Source: Solobacterium sp. (GTDB lineage Bacteria > Bacillota_I > Bacilli_A > Erysipelotrichales > Erysipelotrichaceae). Taken from it: a stretch of 64,000 nucleotides of DNA. The notes beneath the pieces are model-generated. The model worked only from the letters and a program-made list of their open reading frames with translations, was not told where the DNA came from and did not search any database. The stretch lies in NCBI GenBank assembly GCA_017510405.1, contig JAFWNG010000033.1:19005-83004 (forward strand). The letters run 5' to 3'. Below are positions 10,007-19,132 of the stretch, one piece after another. How positions within the stretch are numbered: the first letter of the stretch is position 1; every line of letters begins with the position of its first letter. The translations under genes and the position numbers were made by a program.

Positions 10007-10094
10007 CTTTATCGATGTCAGCTGGTCCACCTTACATATCTGCAGGTTGGCATGGGGTCACAGAGCTGACTCTCTCACCCATTCTTGATAAAAG
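10007..10094 (-). promoter_or_regulatory. SAM-I (S-box) riboswitch upstream of metK
   Basis: Minus strand: TTTTATCAAGAAT GGGT GAGAGA GTCAGCTCT GTG ACCC ATGCCAACC...GGTGG ACCAGCTGAC ATC GATAAAG; P1, kink-turn P2, P3 AA/U pocket and pseudoknot all recognisable. Confidence 0.88.
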
Positions 10095-10219
10095 ACACAT
10101 GTATTTAAGCACAAGAGAATTTGCGTGTCAATGACAAATCCCTGCAATCACCCGCATTTGTCGAATATTCCGCACTCTGCAGACAGAAATGCTATAATAA
10201 ATATGTTTTGGAGAACGAT

Positions 10220-11359
10220 ATGAAATTCCTTCGCATGAAAGAAGAGTCACTGGAACTTGCAAAAGCCCTGACACTGGCGGGTACACTGATCGTACTGTTC
10301 TATATGATCATCCACTATATTCCCGTCTTTGCCGGTCTTCTGGGCAAGATCGTCAGTGCTCTTACTCCGTTTATATTCGGCTTCTGTATTGCCTTTATTC
10401 TGATCCGTCTGCGCCGGCGCATTGAGAGTACTCTTTTTGCCAAAGTGAATCTGAAAGCGCGCACGAAGCGTCTGCTGTCTTCCGGACTGTCGATCCTCGT
10501 GCTGATCCTGATCCTGGTCGTATTCTGCCTGATCCTCATCCCGCAGATCATCGACAGCATCAGTACGCTTTCCGGTTCGATGAACGGCTATATGACTGCC
10601 GTTCAGGAGATGATCGACAAGTACCTCGGCGATGACCAGCTTTCCGAGATCTTCCAGAAGGCTCTGAGCACGCTCGGCACGGAAGTGACGACATGGCTGA
10701 CCGGAGCAGGGGGAGGCCTGGAAAAGATCCTCGGCATGAGCGTTTCCGTCGTCAGTACGCTGTTTGACTTCCTGATCGGTCTGATCGTTGCCATGTATCT
10801 TCTGCTGGACGAAGAACTGTTCAAGCGGCAGTTCAACAAGCTGATGTACAGCATGTTCTCGCAGAAGATGGTATACCGGACAAACTATGTGCTCGGCCTG
10901 ATGGGATCCATGTTCAACCGGTTCATTGCCGGAAAGGCGCTGGATTCCCTGATCATCGGCTTCCTGTGCTGGATCTCCATGATCATCATGAATATGCCGT
11001 ACGCGCCTCTGATCGGCTTCGTCGTCGGCATTACGAATATGATCCCGGTATTCGGTCCGTTCCTGGGCGCGATCCCGTGTCTGCTGATCCTGCTGATCAT
11101 CAACCCGTGGAAAGCACTGGAGTTCGCGGTATTCATCCTGATCCTGCAGCAGATCGACGGCAATATCATCGGTCCGAAGATCCTGGGAGATTCCATGGGT
11201 CTGCCGACCCTGTGGATCATGTTCGCCATCATCATGGGCGGCGCGCTGTTCGGACTCATCGGAATGTTTATCGGCGTCCCGATCTTCTCCGTCATTTACA
11301 TGCTGTGCAAGACCTGGGTCGAGACCCGTCTCAAACAGCGGAACATACATATCGAATAA
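10220..11359 (+). CDS. AI-2E (PerM) family transporter
   Basis: Multiple TM helices; NMIPVFGPFLG, QQIDGNIIGPKILG, GGALFGLIGM.IGVP. Confidence 0.93.
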   Translation: MKFLRMKEESLELAKALTLAGTLIVLFYMIIHYIPVFAGLLGKIVSALTPFIFGFCIAFILIRLRRRIESTLFAKVNLKARTKRLLSSGLSILVLILILVVFCLILIPQIIDSISTLSGSMNGYMTAVQEMIDKYLGDDQLSEIFQKALSTLGTEVTTWLTGAGGGLEKILGMSVSVVSTLFDFLIGLIVAMYLLLDEELFKRQFNKLMYSMFSQKMVYRTNYVLGLMGSMFNRFIAGKALDSLIIGFLCWISMIIMNMPYAPLIGFVVGITNMIPVFGPFLGAIPCLLILLIINPWKALEFAVFILILQQIDGNIIGPKILGDSMGLPTLWIMFAIIMGGALFGLIGMFIGVPIFSVIYMLCKTWVETRLKQRNIHIE

Positions 11360-11365
11360 GCACAT

Positions 11366-11392
11366 GCCCGGTCCCGCAAAGACCGGGCTTTT
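11366..11392 (+). terminator. Intrinsic terminator
   Basis: GCCCGGTC-7 nt-GACCGGGC-TTTT. Confidence 0.8.
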
Positions 11393-11413
11393 AAAATCGT
11401 TCTTTGCATCTAT

Positions 11414-11434
11414 TGCATTATATGAAGTAATGCA
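11414..11434. promoter_or_regulatory. Candidate GntR operator
   Basis: Perfect inverted repeat TGCATTA-N7-TAATGCA 30 nt upstream of the GntR gene. Confidence 0.55.
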
Positions 11435-11464
11435 CTATATTCAAAGTGTAAGGAGGCTGCGCAT

Positions 11465-11836
11465 ATGATACTGAAGTTTGATTTTTCGGCCAGTGACCCT
11501 CTGTATATGCAGCTGCGCAACCAGATCGTGGTCGGCATCGCGGAGGGAAAACTGGCGCCGGGAGAACGTCTGCCGACGATCCGCGCGCTGGCGGATGAAT
11601 GCGGCATCAACATGATGACGGTATCCAAAGCTTACCAGCTGCTGAAGCAGGAAGGCTACATAGAGACTGACCGCCGTAGCGGAGCGTGCATTGCCCGCAA
11701 ACAGGGCGGCAGTGTCCCGGACGCGACGATGAAAACACTGCGGATCTGTATTTCCGAACTGCGTCTCGGCGGGATGCAGGAGGAGGAGATCGTCCGCTTA
11801 TGCCGGTCTATGTACCGGGAAGGAGAAAACAAATGA
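11465..11836 (+). CDS. GntR family regulator (YtrA subfamily)
   Basis: PLY.QL..QI...IA.G.L.PGERLPTIR.LA...IN.MTV.KAY; short 123 aa. Confidence 0.93.
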   Translation: MILKFDFSASDPLYMQLRNQIVVGIAEGKLAPGERLPTIRALADECGINMMTVSKAYQLLKQEGYIETDRRSGACIARKQGGSVPDATMKTLRICISELRLGGMQEEEIVRLCRSMYREGENK

Positions 11837-13149
11837 AGTGGATCCTGTGGGGAAGCGTAATATGGCTTCCTGCCTTAATGACATGGATGAACCTGAATGA
11901 AGCAAAGTTCAAGAAAAATATCGTACTCGGCGTCACTCTGCCGGCAGAGGCGCACGACGACGCGGAAGTGAATACGATCCTGCAGCGATTCCGCAGAAAT
12001 GCCGTCGCTGCGTGCGTGATCCTGACAGGAGCAGCAGTACTGTGTGCGCTGGTTTCCGAGCGCATGATGACTTTATGGATGCTGTGGATCGACTTTGTGA
12101 TCATCGTGCCGTATATCCCGTATGTGCTGGCCAACCGTTCCCTGAAGGAATTGAAGCAGAAGAGGGGATGGACCGCACAGCCGCGCATCGTATACGGAGA
12201 GACATCGGCCGAGCCGCTGAAGTATCTGGACTGGAAGCTGTTCATCCCGCCCGTACTGATCGCGCTTGCGCCGATCCTGATCGACCGGGAACTGACTGTC
12301 ATGTATGTGCTGAACGCAGTGATGTGCATTCTGTTCGCGGTGCTGTACCGGTATGCCTACCGCGAAAAGGCGGAGATGGTCGACAGCGACGTTTCCCGCA
12401 CGAACGCGCTGACGAGGGTGCGCCGGTACAACTGGGGAAAGATGTGGCTGATCACATCCTACACGATGTCCCTGATCAGTATTCTCTCCGGCATGATGAC
12501 GGAAAGGCCGGTGCTCGCGGTCCTTCTGCTCTTCGGAATCTGCGCGGTGATATGCTATGAGGCAGTTCACCTCGAAATGAAGACCCGCAGGATGCAGGAA
12601 AAAATGACGGCAGACAGCGGCACCGGATGGTACGTGGACGAAGACGATCACTGGATCGGCGGTCTCGTCTATTTCAATCCGGATGATAAAAACAGCATCA
12701 TCAACAGCCGCGTCGGTATGAATTCCTCTGTAAACATGGCGCGCCCGCTGGGAAAAGTCATGCTGGGAATGATGGTTCTTCTGATCGTCGGAATGCCGTT
12801 CCTCGGGATCGTTCTGGATGATCTCGGCACCAATCCCATCGTTCTTTCCGTCGAAGCGGATCAGCTGCATGCGGACAGCGGAATGAACCACTACACGGTA
12901 AATACGGACGACATTACTTCCGCTGAACTGCTGGAGGCGCTTCCGGAAAAGATGGCCAGGCGCTGGGGGACCGGCATGGAGCACTATATTCAGGGCACAT
13001 TCAGCAGTGACCGCGGTACTCTGAACGTGATGTGTGATCCTGCCTGTGCGCCTTACATTTATATCGAAACAACCGGCGGGAAGAAATATCTGTTTGCCAG
13101 CCGCGAAGCAGCGGAGACCGAAGCAATCTTCCGGATCCTGTCCAAATAA
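11833..13149 (+). CDS. Polytopic membrane protein with DUF5808-like motif and C-terminal PH-like domain
   Basis: About 7 TM helices; DEDDHWIGGLVYFNPDD...RVGMNSSVNMARP; ATGA-type overlap with gntR. Confidence 0.75.
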   Translation: MKWILWGSVIWLPALMTWMNLNEAKFKKNIVLGVTLPAEAHDDAEVNTILQRFRRNAVAACVILTGAAVLCALVSERMMTLWMLWIDFVIIVPYIPYVLANRSLKELKQKRGWTAQPRIVYGETSAEPLKYLDWKLFIPPVLIALAPILIDRELTVMYVLNAVMCILFAVLYRYAYREKAEMVDSDVSRTNALTRVRRYNWGKMWLITSYTMSLISILSGMMTERPVLAVLLLFGICAVICYEAVHLEMKTRRMQEKMTADSGTGWYVDEDDHWIGGLVYFNPDDKNSIINSRVGMNSSVNMARPLGKVMLGMMVLLIVGMPFLGIVLDDLGTNPIVLSVEADQLHADSGMNHYTVNTDDITSAELLEALPEKMARRWGTGMEHYIQGTFSSDRGTLNVMCDPACAPYIYIETTGGKKYLFASREAAETEAIFRILSK

Positions 13150-13152
13150 AAG

Positions 13153-13174
13153 AAAGCCCCGGCAGCGGGGCTTT
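13153..13174. terminator. Bidirectional terminator
   Basis: AAAGCCCCG-GCAG-CGGGGCTTT between convergent genes. Confidence 0.8.
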
Positions 13175-13179
13175 CGGAC

Positions 13180-15276
13180 TTACTGCAGACTGAACAGCAT
13201 ATCCTCATACAGAGGCAGGTGATAGAACTCTCTTGCGGCAACTGTCTCATAACGGTCGATCAGTGCCCGCAGGGCTTCCATCTTCGGATTTACTTTCGAA
13301 TACATTTCCAGTCCGGCAAGATATGGATTTGTCTCAGTGTCCACGGCTTCGTATGTTTCTTCGAGATCTTTGTACGCAAGATTCACGGCATCGGTCAGGG
13401 AACTGATGCTCTTGATCAGGTCGGTCAGATAGGCAGGGCAGAATTTGCCGGCAGAAGCAGCGGTCTCACTGCAGAATTTCAGCTGCGCAAGCATTGCCGG
13501 CAGTACTTCTTTCCGCGTCATTTCCAGCATCGTACGGACTTCAATGCCGACTTTCTTGATATAGAGTTCTTCGAGGATGCGGCGGTTCGCGGACAGCTCG
13601 ACTTTGGAATAGACATCCAGTTTTGTGAACAGCTCGATGACTTTCGGATCATCGAGTATTTTTGTGGATTCGATGAAAGAATTCACACACGGAAGACCGC
13701 GGCGCTTCGCTTCTTTGATCCATTCGTCGCTGTAGCCGTCGCCGGAGAACAGGATGCGCTTATGATCGTGAATGATCCCGCGGCAGATCTCCAGTGCCTT
13801 ATCGCGGACGTCCTGGATATATTTGATGCCTTCCAGCTGGTCGCTGATCTCGTTGAGCGATTCCGCTATGATGGAGTTCAGAACCGTATTCGGGAATGCG
13901 GCGCTCATCGATGCGCCAAGCATTCTGAACTCGAACTTATTGCCGGTGAATGCGATCGGGGAAGTGCGGTTGCGGTCGGAATTGTCATGCGGTACGTATG
14001 ACAGGTTGGTGACCGGATTGAACTCACCCTTGGTGCGGGTATTCTCGGAGCGTGCATTCTTATCCTTGTAAATACTGTACAGGATGGAATCGATATAGCT
14101 TCCCAGGTAAATGGAAATGATTGCGGGAGGCGCTTCATTTCCGCCGAGACGATGGTCGTTGCCGGTGCAGGAAGCACTCATGCGAAGCAGGGTGGGATAT
14201 GTATCCACTGCCTTGATGAAGGCGCAGATGAATGTCAGGAAACGGATATTCTCCGCCGGCTTGTCTCCGGGAGAGAACAGGTTCTGACCGTCATCCGTCA
14301 GGATCGAATAGTTGTTGTGTTTGCCGGAGCCGTTGATGCCGTCAAACGGTTTTTCATGAAGCAGGCACGCAAGACCGTGCTTCTCCGCTGTCTTGCGCAG
14401 GATATCCATCGTGAGCTGGTTCTGGTCAACGGCGATATTTGCGTCACAGAAGACCGGTGCCAGTTCAAACTGGCCGGGAGCCACTTCGTTGTGTTCCGTC
14501 TTGGCATAGATGCCCAGCTTCCACAGTTCCTGATTGACTTCTTTCATGAATGCGGCGACGCGCGTCGGGATCGATCCGAAGTAGTGATCATCCAGTTCCT
14601 GCCGCTTTGGCGCCGGACTGCCGAAGAGCGTGCGTCCCGTCAGACGCAGATCGATCCGCTGTTCAAAGTATTTCCGGTCGATCAGGAAATACTCCTGTTC
14701 CAGGCCGACGGACGGGTGGCAGGTACGCACATCCTTGTCGCCGAGCAGATTGACCAGGCGGACGGATGCGTCACTGATCGCCTTGATCGACTTTAACAGC
14801 GGGTCCTTGCGGTCCAGTGCCTCCCCGTTATAGGAAACAAAGATCGTCGGAATACACAGAACGTTGTCACGGATGAATGCCGGGCTGGTCAGATCCCAGT
14901 AGGTATATCCGCGTGCTTCAAATGTCGCGCGCAGGCCGCCGCTCGGGAAACTGGACGCGTCAGGTTCACCCTTTATCAGCATCTTGCCGGAGAAACGGAC
15001 GATCGGCTGGCCGTTACTGCCGGGTTCCAGGAACGTATCGTGCTTTTCAGCCGTACTTCCGGTCAGCGGCTGGAACCAGTGAGTGAAGTGCGTTGCGCCT
15101 TTTTCGATGGCCCAGAGCTTCATGGCATGGGCGATCGCGTCGGCGGTCACACGGTCCAGAGTACCTTCGTTGATGACAGTGCGCTTCCACGACTGATAGA
15201 CAGGGCGGGGAAGACGCTCTTCCATTTCGCTTTCACTGAAAACCATGGATCCGAAATCTTCATATGGTGTTTTCAT
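13180..15276 (-). CDS. glnA: Glutamine synthetase type III
   Basis: THFTHWFQPLTG.TAEKHD, GEPDASSFPSGGLRATFEARGYT, HNEVAP.QFE, LLHEKPF.G.NGSGKH, DRNRTSP.AFTGNKFEFR; TTGACA at 15329-15334 (minus strand). Confidence 0.97.
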   Translation of the reverse strand: MKTPYEDFGSMVFSESEMEERLPRPVYQSWKRTVINEGTLDRVTADAIAHAMKLWAIEKGATHFTHWFQPLTGSTAEKHDTFLEPGSNGQPIVRFSGKMLIKGEPDASSFPSGGLRATFEARGYTYWDLTSPAFIRDNVLCIPTIFVSYNGEALDRKDPLLKSIKAISDASVRLVNLLGDKDVRTCHPSVGLEQEYFLIDRKYFEQRIDLRLTGRTLFGSPAPKRQELDDHYFGSIPTRVAAFMKEVNQELWKLGIYAKTEHNEVAPGQFELAPVFCDANIAVDQNQLTMDILRKTAEKHGLACLLHEKPFDGINGSGKHNNYSILTDDGQNLFSPGDKPAENIRFLTFICAFIKAVDTYPTLLRMSASCTGNDHRLGGNEAPPAIISIYLGSYIDSILYSIYKDKNARSENTRTKGEFNPVTNLSYVPHDNSDRNRTSPIAFTGNKFEFRMLGASMSAAFPNTVLNSIIAESLNEISDQLEGIKYIQDVRDKALEICRGIIHDHKRILFSGDGYSDEWIKEAKRRGLPCVNSFIESTKILDDPKVIELFTKLDVYSKVELSANRRILEELYIKKVGIEVRTMLEMTRKEVLPAMLAQLKFCSETAASAGKFCPAYLTDLIKSISSLTDAVNLAYKDLEETYEAVDTETNPYLAGLEMYSKVNPKMEALRALIDRYETVAAREFYHLPLYEDMLFSLQ

Positions 15277-15474
15277 AACAGCCTCCTGTTTCTTTATATG
15301 CATATACGATATGAAAAAACACATGCAATGTCAAAGAAAATTCAAAAAATGAACGAATTCTAAAAAATATTCTGAAAATTCAAGAAAAAATCCGAAATCA
15401 CGGACGATTTACGGATTTCATGTTTCCTTTTTTGCGATTATTCACAAAAAAACACGGCGGACCGTGTTTTTTAC

Positions 15475-15807
15475 TCAGTAATAATACGGATACGGAGCTG
15501 TCTGCAGAAGCTGTACTTTCTTAACTTCCGGGACTTCGTCGATCAGCAGTGCTTCGATGCCGTCGGTCAGAGTCGTATCGATCGCCATACAGCCGGCGCA
15601 CGCACCGAGCATGGATACTGTAACGATACCGTCTTCGAAGCCGATCAGCTGGACATCGCCGCCGTCTGCCATGATATACGGACGGATCTTATTGATCGTA
15701 TGTTCGATCCGGCGCATGATATCTTCCAGTTCTTCTTTTTCCTTTTCCGTCAGTTCCGGCTTTTCGCTTTCTGCTGCTTCAGATACTGTCTTTTCTTCGT
15801 CTGCCAT
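15475..15807 (-). CDS. NifU/Nfu-like Fe-S scaffold domain protein
   Basis: IRPYIMADGGDVQL...GAC.GC. Confidence 0.9.
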   Translation of the reverse strand: MADEEKTVSEAAESEKPELTEKEKEELEDIMRRIEHTINKIRPYIMADGGDVQLIGFEDGIVTVSMLGACAGCMAIDTTLTDGIEALLIDEVPEVKKVQLLQTAPYPYYY

Positions 15808-15822
15808 ATATAATCTCACTTT

Positions 15823-16293
15823 CTATGCTCCGAGATGAAACAACAGAGCAATAACGCATCCCAGAAAGATGCCTCCCAGTACTTCAAACCATTTGTGACC
15901 CAGAACATCCTTGATCTTCTCATCGTAGATCGGCGCATCAAACTCTGTGTTCAGGCTTTCCTGGACGTCCTTCAGTAATTGTTGCGTAACTTTGATATTT
16001 TGTCCACTGTAATACCTCACATTGGCAGCGTCATATATTACAATAACGGCCAGGGCAAGGGTGACCGCGAAGATCGTGGAATTGAAGTTCTCCCGTATGC
16101 CTACCGAAAGAGCAAGCGCCGAGACCATGGCACTGTGGGAGGAAGGAAATCCGCCGCTTGAAGTGACCGTTCTCCAGTTCCATTTTTTTGTATGGAGGTA
16201 AAGAAAAAAAGGTTTCAGAAGCTGGGCGAGCACGACCGAGACGATTCCCGACCAGAACGGATACATTGCCTGAATTCCGTATGCTGTTCTCAT
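15823..16293 (-). CDS. Divergent PAP2 family membrane protein (DUF212-like)
   Basis: SGGFPSSHSA, YDAANVR, LGH...EV..G. Confidence 0.9.
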   Translation of the reverse strand: MRTAYGIQAMYPFWSGIVSVVLAQLLKPFFLYLHTKKWNWRTVTSSGGFPSSHSAMVSALALSVGIRENFNSTIFAVTLALAVIVIYDAANVRYYSGQNIKVTQQLLKDVQESLNTEFDAPIYDEKIKDVLGHKWFEVLGGIFLGCVIALLFHLGA

Positions 16294-16370
16294 AGTTCAC
16301 CTTCTTTCGTCCAAGATTATAGCACAAGTCGGAATGGTTCGTGCTATACTGGCAGGGCGAAGGAGAAAAT

Positions 16371-16742
16371 ATGACGTATAAAGCAGGTCAGATCGTGGAA
16401 GGAAAGATCACCGGCATCCAGCCGTACGGAGCGTTTGCGTCGCTGGACCGCTATACGACCGGTCTGATCCATATATCCGAGATCAGTGACGGATTTGTCC
16501 GTGATATCAGTAAATTCGTTACGGTCGGGGAGACCGTGCGGGTCAAGATCATCGATTTTGATCCGGTCACCAATCAGGCAAAGCTGTCGCTGAAAGCACT
16601 GCAGAAGCCGCATGCCAGAGCACGCCGCCGTCCCGCCGTCAATACGGCGTCGGTGCCGGTGAGCCGGATCGGATTCCAGTCGGTCGCGGCAAGCATGGAT
16701 CAGTGGATCGAAAACGCGAAAAAAGAAATACTTCATGAGTGA
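16371..16742 (+). CDS. S1 RNA-binding domain protein (YugI/GSP13-like)
   Basis: G.ITGIQPYGAF...GLIHISEIS..FV.DI. Confidence 0.9.
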   Translation: MTYKAGQIVEGKITGIQPYGAFASLDRYTTGLIHISEISDGFVRDISKFVTVGETVRVKIIDFDPVTNQAKLSLKALQKPHARARRRPAVNTASVPVSRIGFQSVAASMDQWIENAKKEILHE

Positions 16743-16922
16743 CCGGCATCCGGATGTGATGCCGGTTTTCTTTATGCGCATACCGCCGGGGCAGAAGATC
16801 CCATCCGTCCTTTTCTGCGGAATTCAGTTGGAAAACAGGCGCAAAAAATAATATGATTATATAAGAAAGAAAGTGCCTTCGGCATGCATGGAACAGATGC
16901 GGAAGGACCAGGAGGAACAGTA

Positions 16923-18503
16923 ATGATCAATTGGACAAATCTTGATGAACTCAAGGCATTTCAGGAACTGAAAGACTGCGCAAAGGTCGATCTGCCGGAA
17001 GTCATGGCGGGGGAAAACGGAGCTGATCGTGTAAAGAAATACAGCGTCCCGATGGCAGAAGGTCTGGTTTATAATTATGCGGCAAAGGCAGTAAACGATG
17101 ATATTCTGGAAGGCCTGAAGAAATTTGCGGAAGAAGCACAGCTGATCGACAAGTTTGCTCTTCTGTACAACGGTGAAGTTGTCAACACCGGTGAAAAGCG
17201 CCGTGTTCTGCACCAGCTGTGCAGAGGCCAGCTCGGTGACGCAGTCATCGCGGACGGCGTTGACAAGCGCGAATTCTATGTAAAGCAGCAGACACGCATT
17301 GCTGAATTTGCAAAAAAGGTACACAACGGTGAAGTGACGAACGCAGACGGCGAAAAGTTCACGACAGTCGTCCAGATCGGTATCGGCGGAAGTGATCTTG
17401 GTCCGCGCGCCATCTATCTCGCACTGGAGAACTGGGCAAAGGTCAACAACACACTGAAGATGAAGGCTGCCTTCATCTCCAACGTTGACCCGGACGATGC
17501 GGCCGGCGTTCTGAGCGGAATCGATGTCAAGCACTCTCTGTTCGTACTCGTTTCCAAGTCCGGAACAACACTGGAAACACTGACAAACGAATCCTTCGTC
17601 AAGAACGCGCTCAAAGAAGCAGGTCTTGACCCGGCAAAACACATGGTCGCAGTTACCAGTGAGACTTCGCCGCTGGCAAAGAACGAAGGCTACCTCGATG
17701 CATTCTATATGGATGACTACATCGGCGGCCGTTATTCCTCTTCTTCCGCAGTCGGCGGTGCCGTACTGTCACTGGCATTCGGTCCGGAAGTATTCGCGGA
17801 CTTCCTGAACGGCGCAGCTGAAGCAGACAAGCTCAGCAAGGAACCGGATGTACTGAAGAACGCAGCTCTGCTCGACGCTCTGATCGGCGTCTATGAGCGC
17901 AATGTTCTCGGCTATCAGAACACAGCTGTTCTGCCGTATTCGCAGGCTCTGAGCCGCTTCCCGGCACACCTCCAGCAGCTCGATATGGAATCCAACGGCA
18001 AGTCCGTCAACCGTTTCGGCGAGCCGGTCAGCTATGTCACAGGACCGATCATCTTCGGTGAACCGGGCACAAACGGACAGCACTCCTTCTATCAGCTGCT
18101 CCACCAGGGAACAGATATCGTTCCGATGCAGTTCATCGGATTCCGCAATTCCCAGATCGGCAGCGACGTCGACATCCAGGGCAGCACATCCCAGCAGAAA
18201 CTCTGCGCAAACGTTGTTGCTCAGATCGTTGCCTTCGCATCCGGCAAAGACGATGCAAACCCGAACAAGAAGTTCGACGGCGGCAGACCGTCCAGCATTA
18301 TCATCGGCGACAAACTGACGCCGCGTGCTCTCGGTGCTCTGCTTGCTCACTTTGAAAACAAAGTCATGTTCCAGGGCTTCGCATGGAACATCAACAGCTT
18401 TGACCAGGAAGGCGTACAGCTCGGCAAAGTACTTGCAAAGAAGGTACTGGCTCACGAAACAGACGGTGCACTCGCAGCCTACAGCGCACTGTTCAACATC
18501 TGA
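16923..18503 (+). CDS. pgi: Glucose-6-phosphate isomerase
   Basis: GIGGSDLGP, VSKSGTT.ET, GGRYS, QQLDMESNGK, GTNGQHSFYQLLHQG, FDQEGVQLGK. Confidence 0.97.
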   Translation: MINWTNLDELKAFQELKDCAKVDLPEVMAGENGADRVKKYSVPMAEGLVYNYAAKAVNDDILEGLKKFAEEAQLIDKFALLYNGEVVNTGEKRRVLHQLCRGQLGDAVIADGVDKREFYVKQQTRIAEFAKKVHNGEVTNADGEKFTTVVQIGIGGSDLGPRAIYLALENWAKVNNTLKMKAAFISNVDPDDAAGVLSGIDVKHSLFVLVSKSGTTLETLTNESFVKNALKEAGLDPAKHMVAVTSETSPLAKNEGYLDAFYMDDYIGGRYSSSSAVGGAVLSLAFGPEVFADFLNGAAEADKLSKEPDVLKNAALLDALIGVYERNVLGYQNTAVLPYSQALSRFPAHLQQLDMESNGKSVNRFGEPVSYVTGPIIFGEPGTNGQHSFYQLLHQGTDIVPMQFIGFRNSQIGSDVDIQGSTSQQKLCANVVAQIVAFASGKDDANPNKKFDGGRPSSIIIGDKLTPRALGALLAHFENKVMFQGFAWNINSFDQEGVQLGKVLAKKVLAHETDGALAAYSALFNI

Positions 18504-18571
18504 TTTTCAGGGCATCATACAGAAACAGGGGCTTCATGGGGACATGAAGCCCTTTTCACAGGGAGGAGATC

Positions 18572-19132
18572 ATGGACATCGTACAGCAGATCCGAAATTA
18601 CACGCCGTGCTGCGAGCAGGAGGAACGGGACCGGGAACTGATCCTGGAAATGCTGAAGCAGGACAATATCTTTACAAGGGACAACTGCGCGGCGCATATG
18701 ACCGCTTCGGCGTGGGTCGTATCCCCGGCACATGACCGTGTCCTCATGGCGTATCACAACATCTATCATTCCTGGTCGTGGCTCGGCGGGCACGCGGACG
18801 CGGAGCGGGATCTGCTGCAGGTTGCACTGCGCGAAGTGCGGGAGGAAAGCGGCCTGAAGGACATCCGCCCGGTATCGGAGGATATCTTCTCACTGGAGGT
18901 CCTGACGGTGGACGGCCACGTAAAAAACGGGAAGTACGTGTCTTCCCATCTTCATCTGAATGTGACATATCTGATCGAAGCGGATCCGGGCGACAGCATC
19001 CGCATCAAACCCGATGAGAACAGCCGGATCGGCTGGTTCACGCCCGAAGGCGCGGTCGAGAGTTCTACGGAACCGTGGTTCCGGGAACACATCTATTCCA
19101 AGCTGAACCGCAAACTGTTCTCACTTCAGTGA
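18572..19132 (+). CDS. NUDIX hydrolase
   Basis: Nudix box GGHAD......ALREVREESG. Confidence 0.9.
   Translation: MDIVQQIRNYTPCCEQEERDRELILEMLKQDNIFTRDNCAAHMTASAWVVSPAHDRVLMAYHNIYHSWSWLGGHADAERDLLQVALREVREESGLKDIRPVSEDIFSLEVLTVDGHVKNGKYVSSHLHLNVTYLIEADPGDSIRIKPDENSRIGWFTPEGAVESSTEPWFREHIYSKLNRKLFSLQ

Noticed and set aside
15329-15346. GlnR/TnrA box upstream of glnA
   Set aside because: TGTCA-N7-TTCAA misses the right half-site and is better explained as the TTGACA -35 on the minus strand
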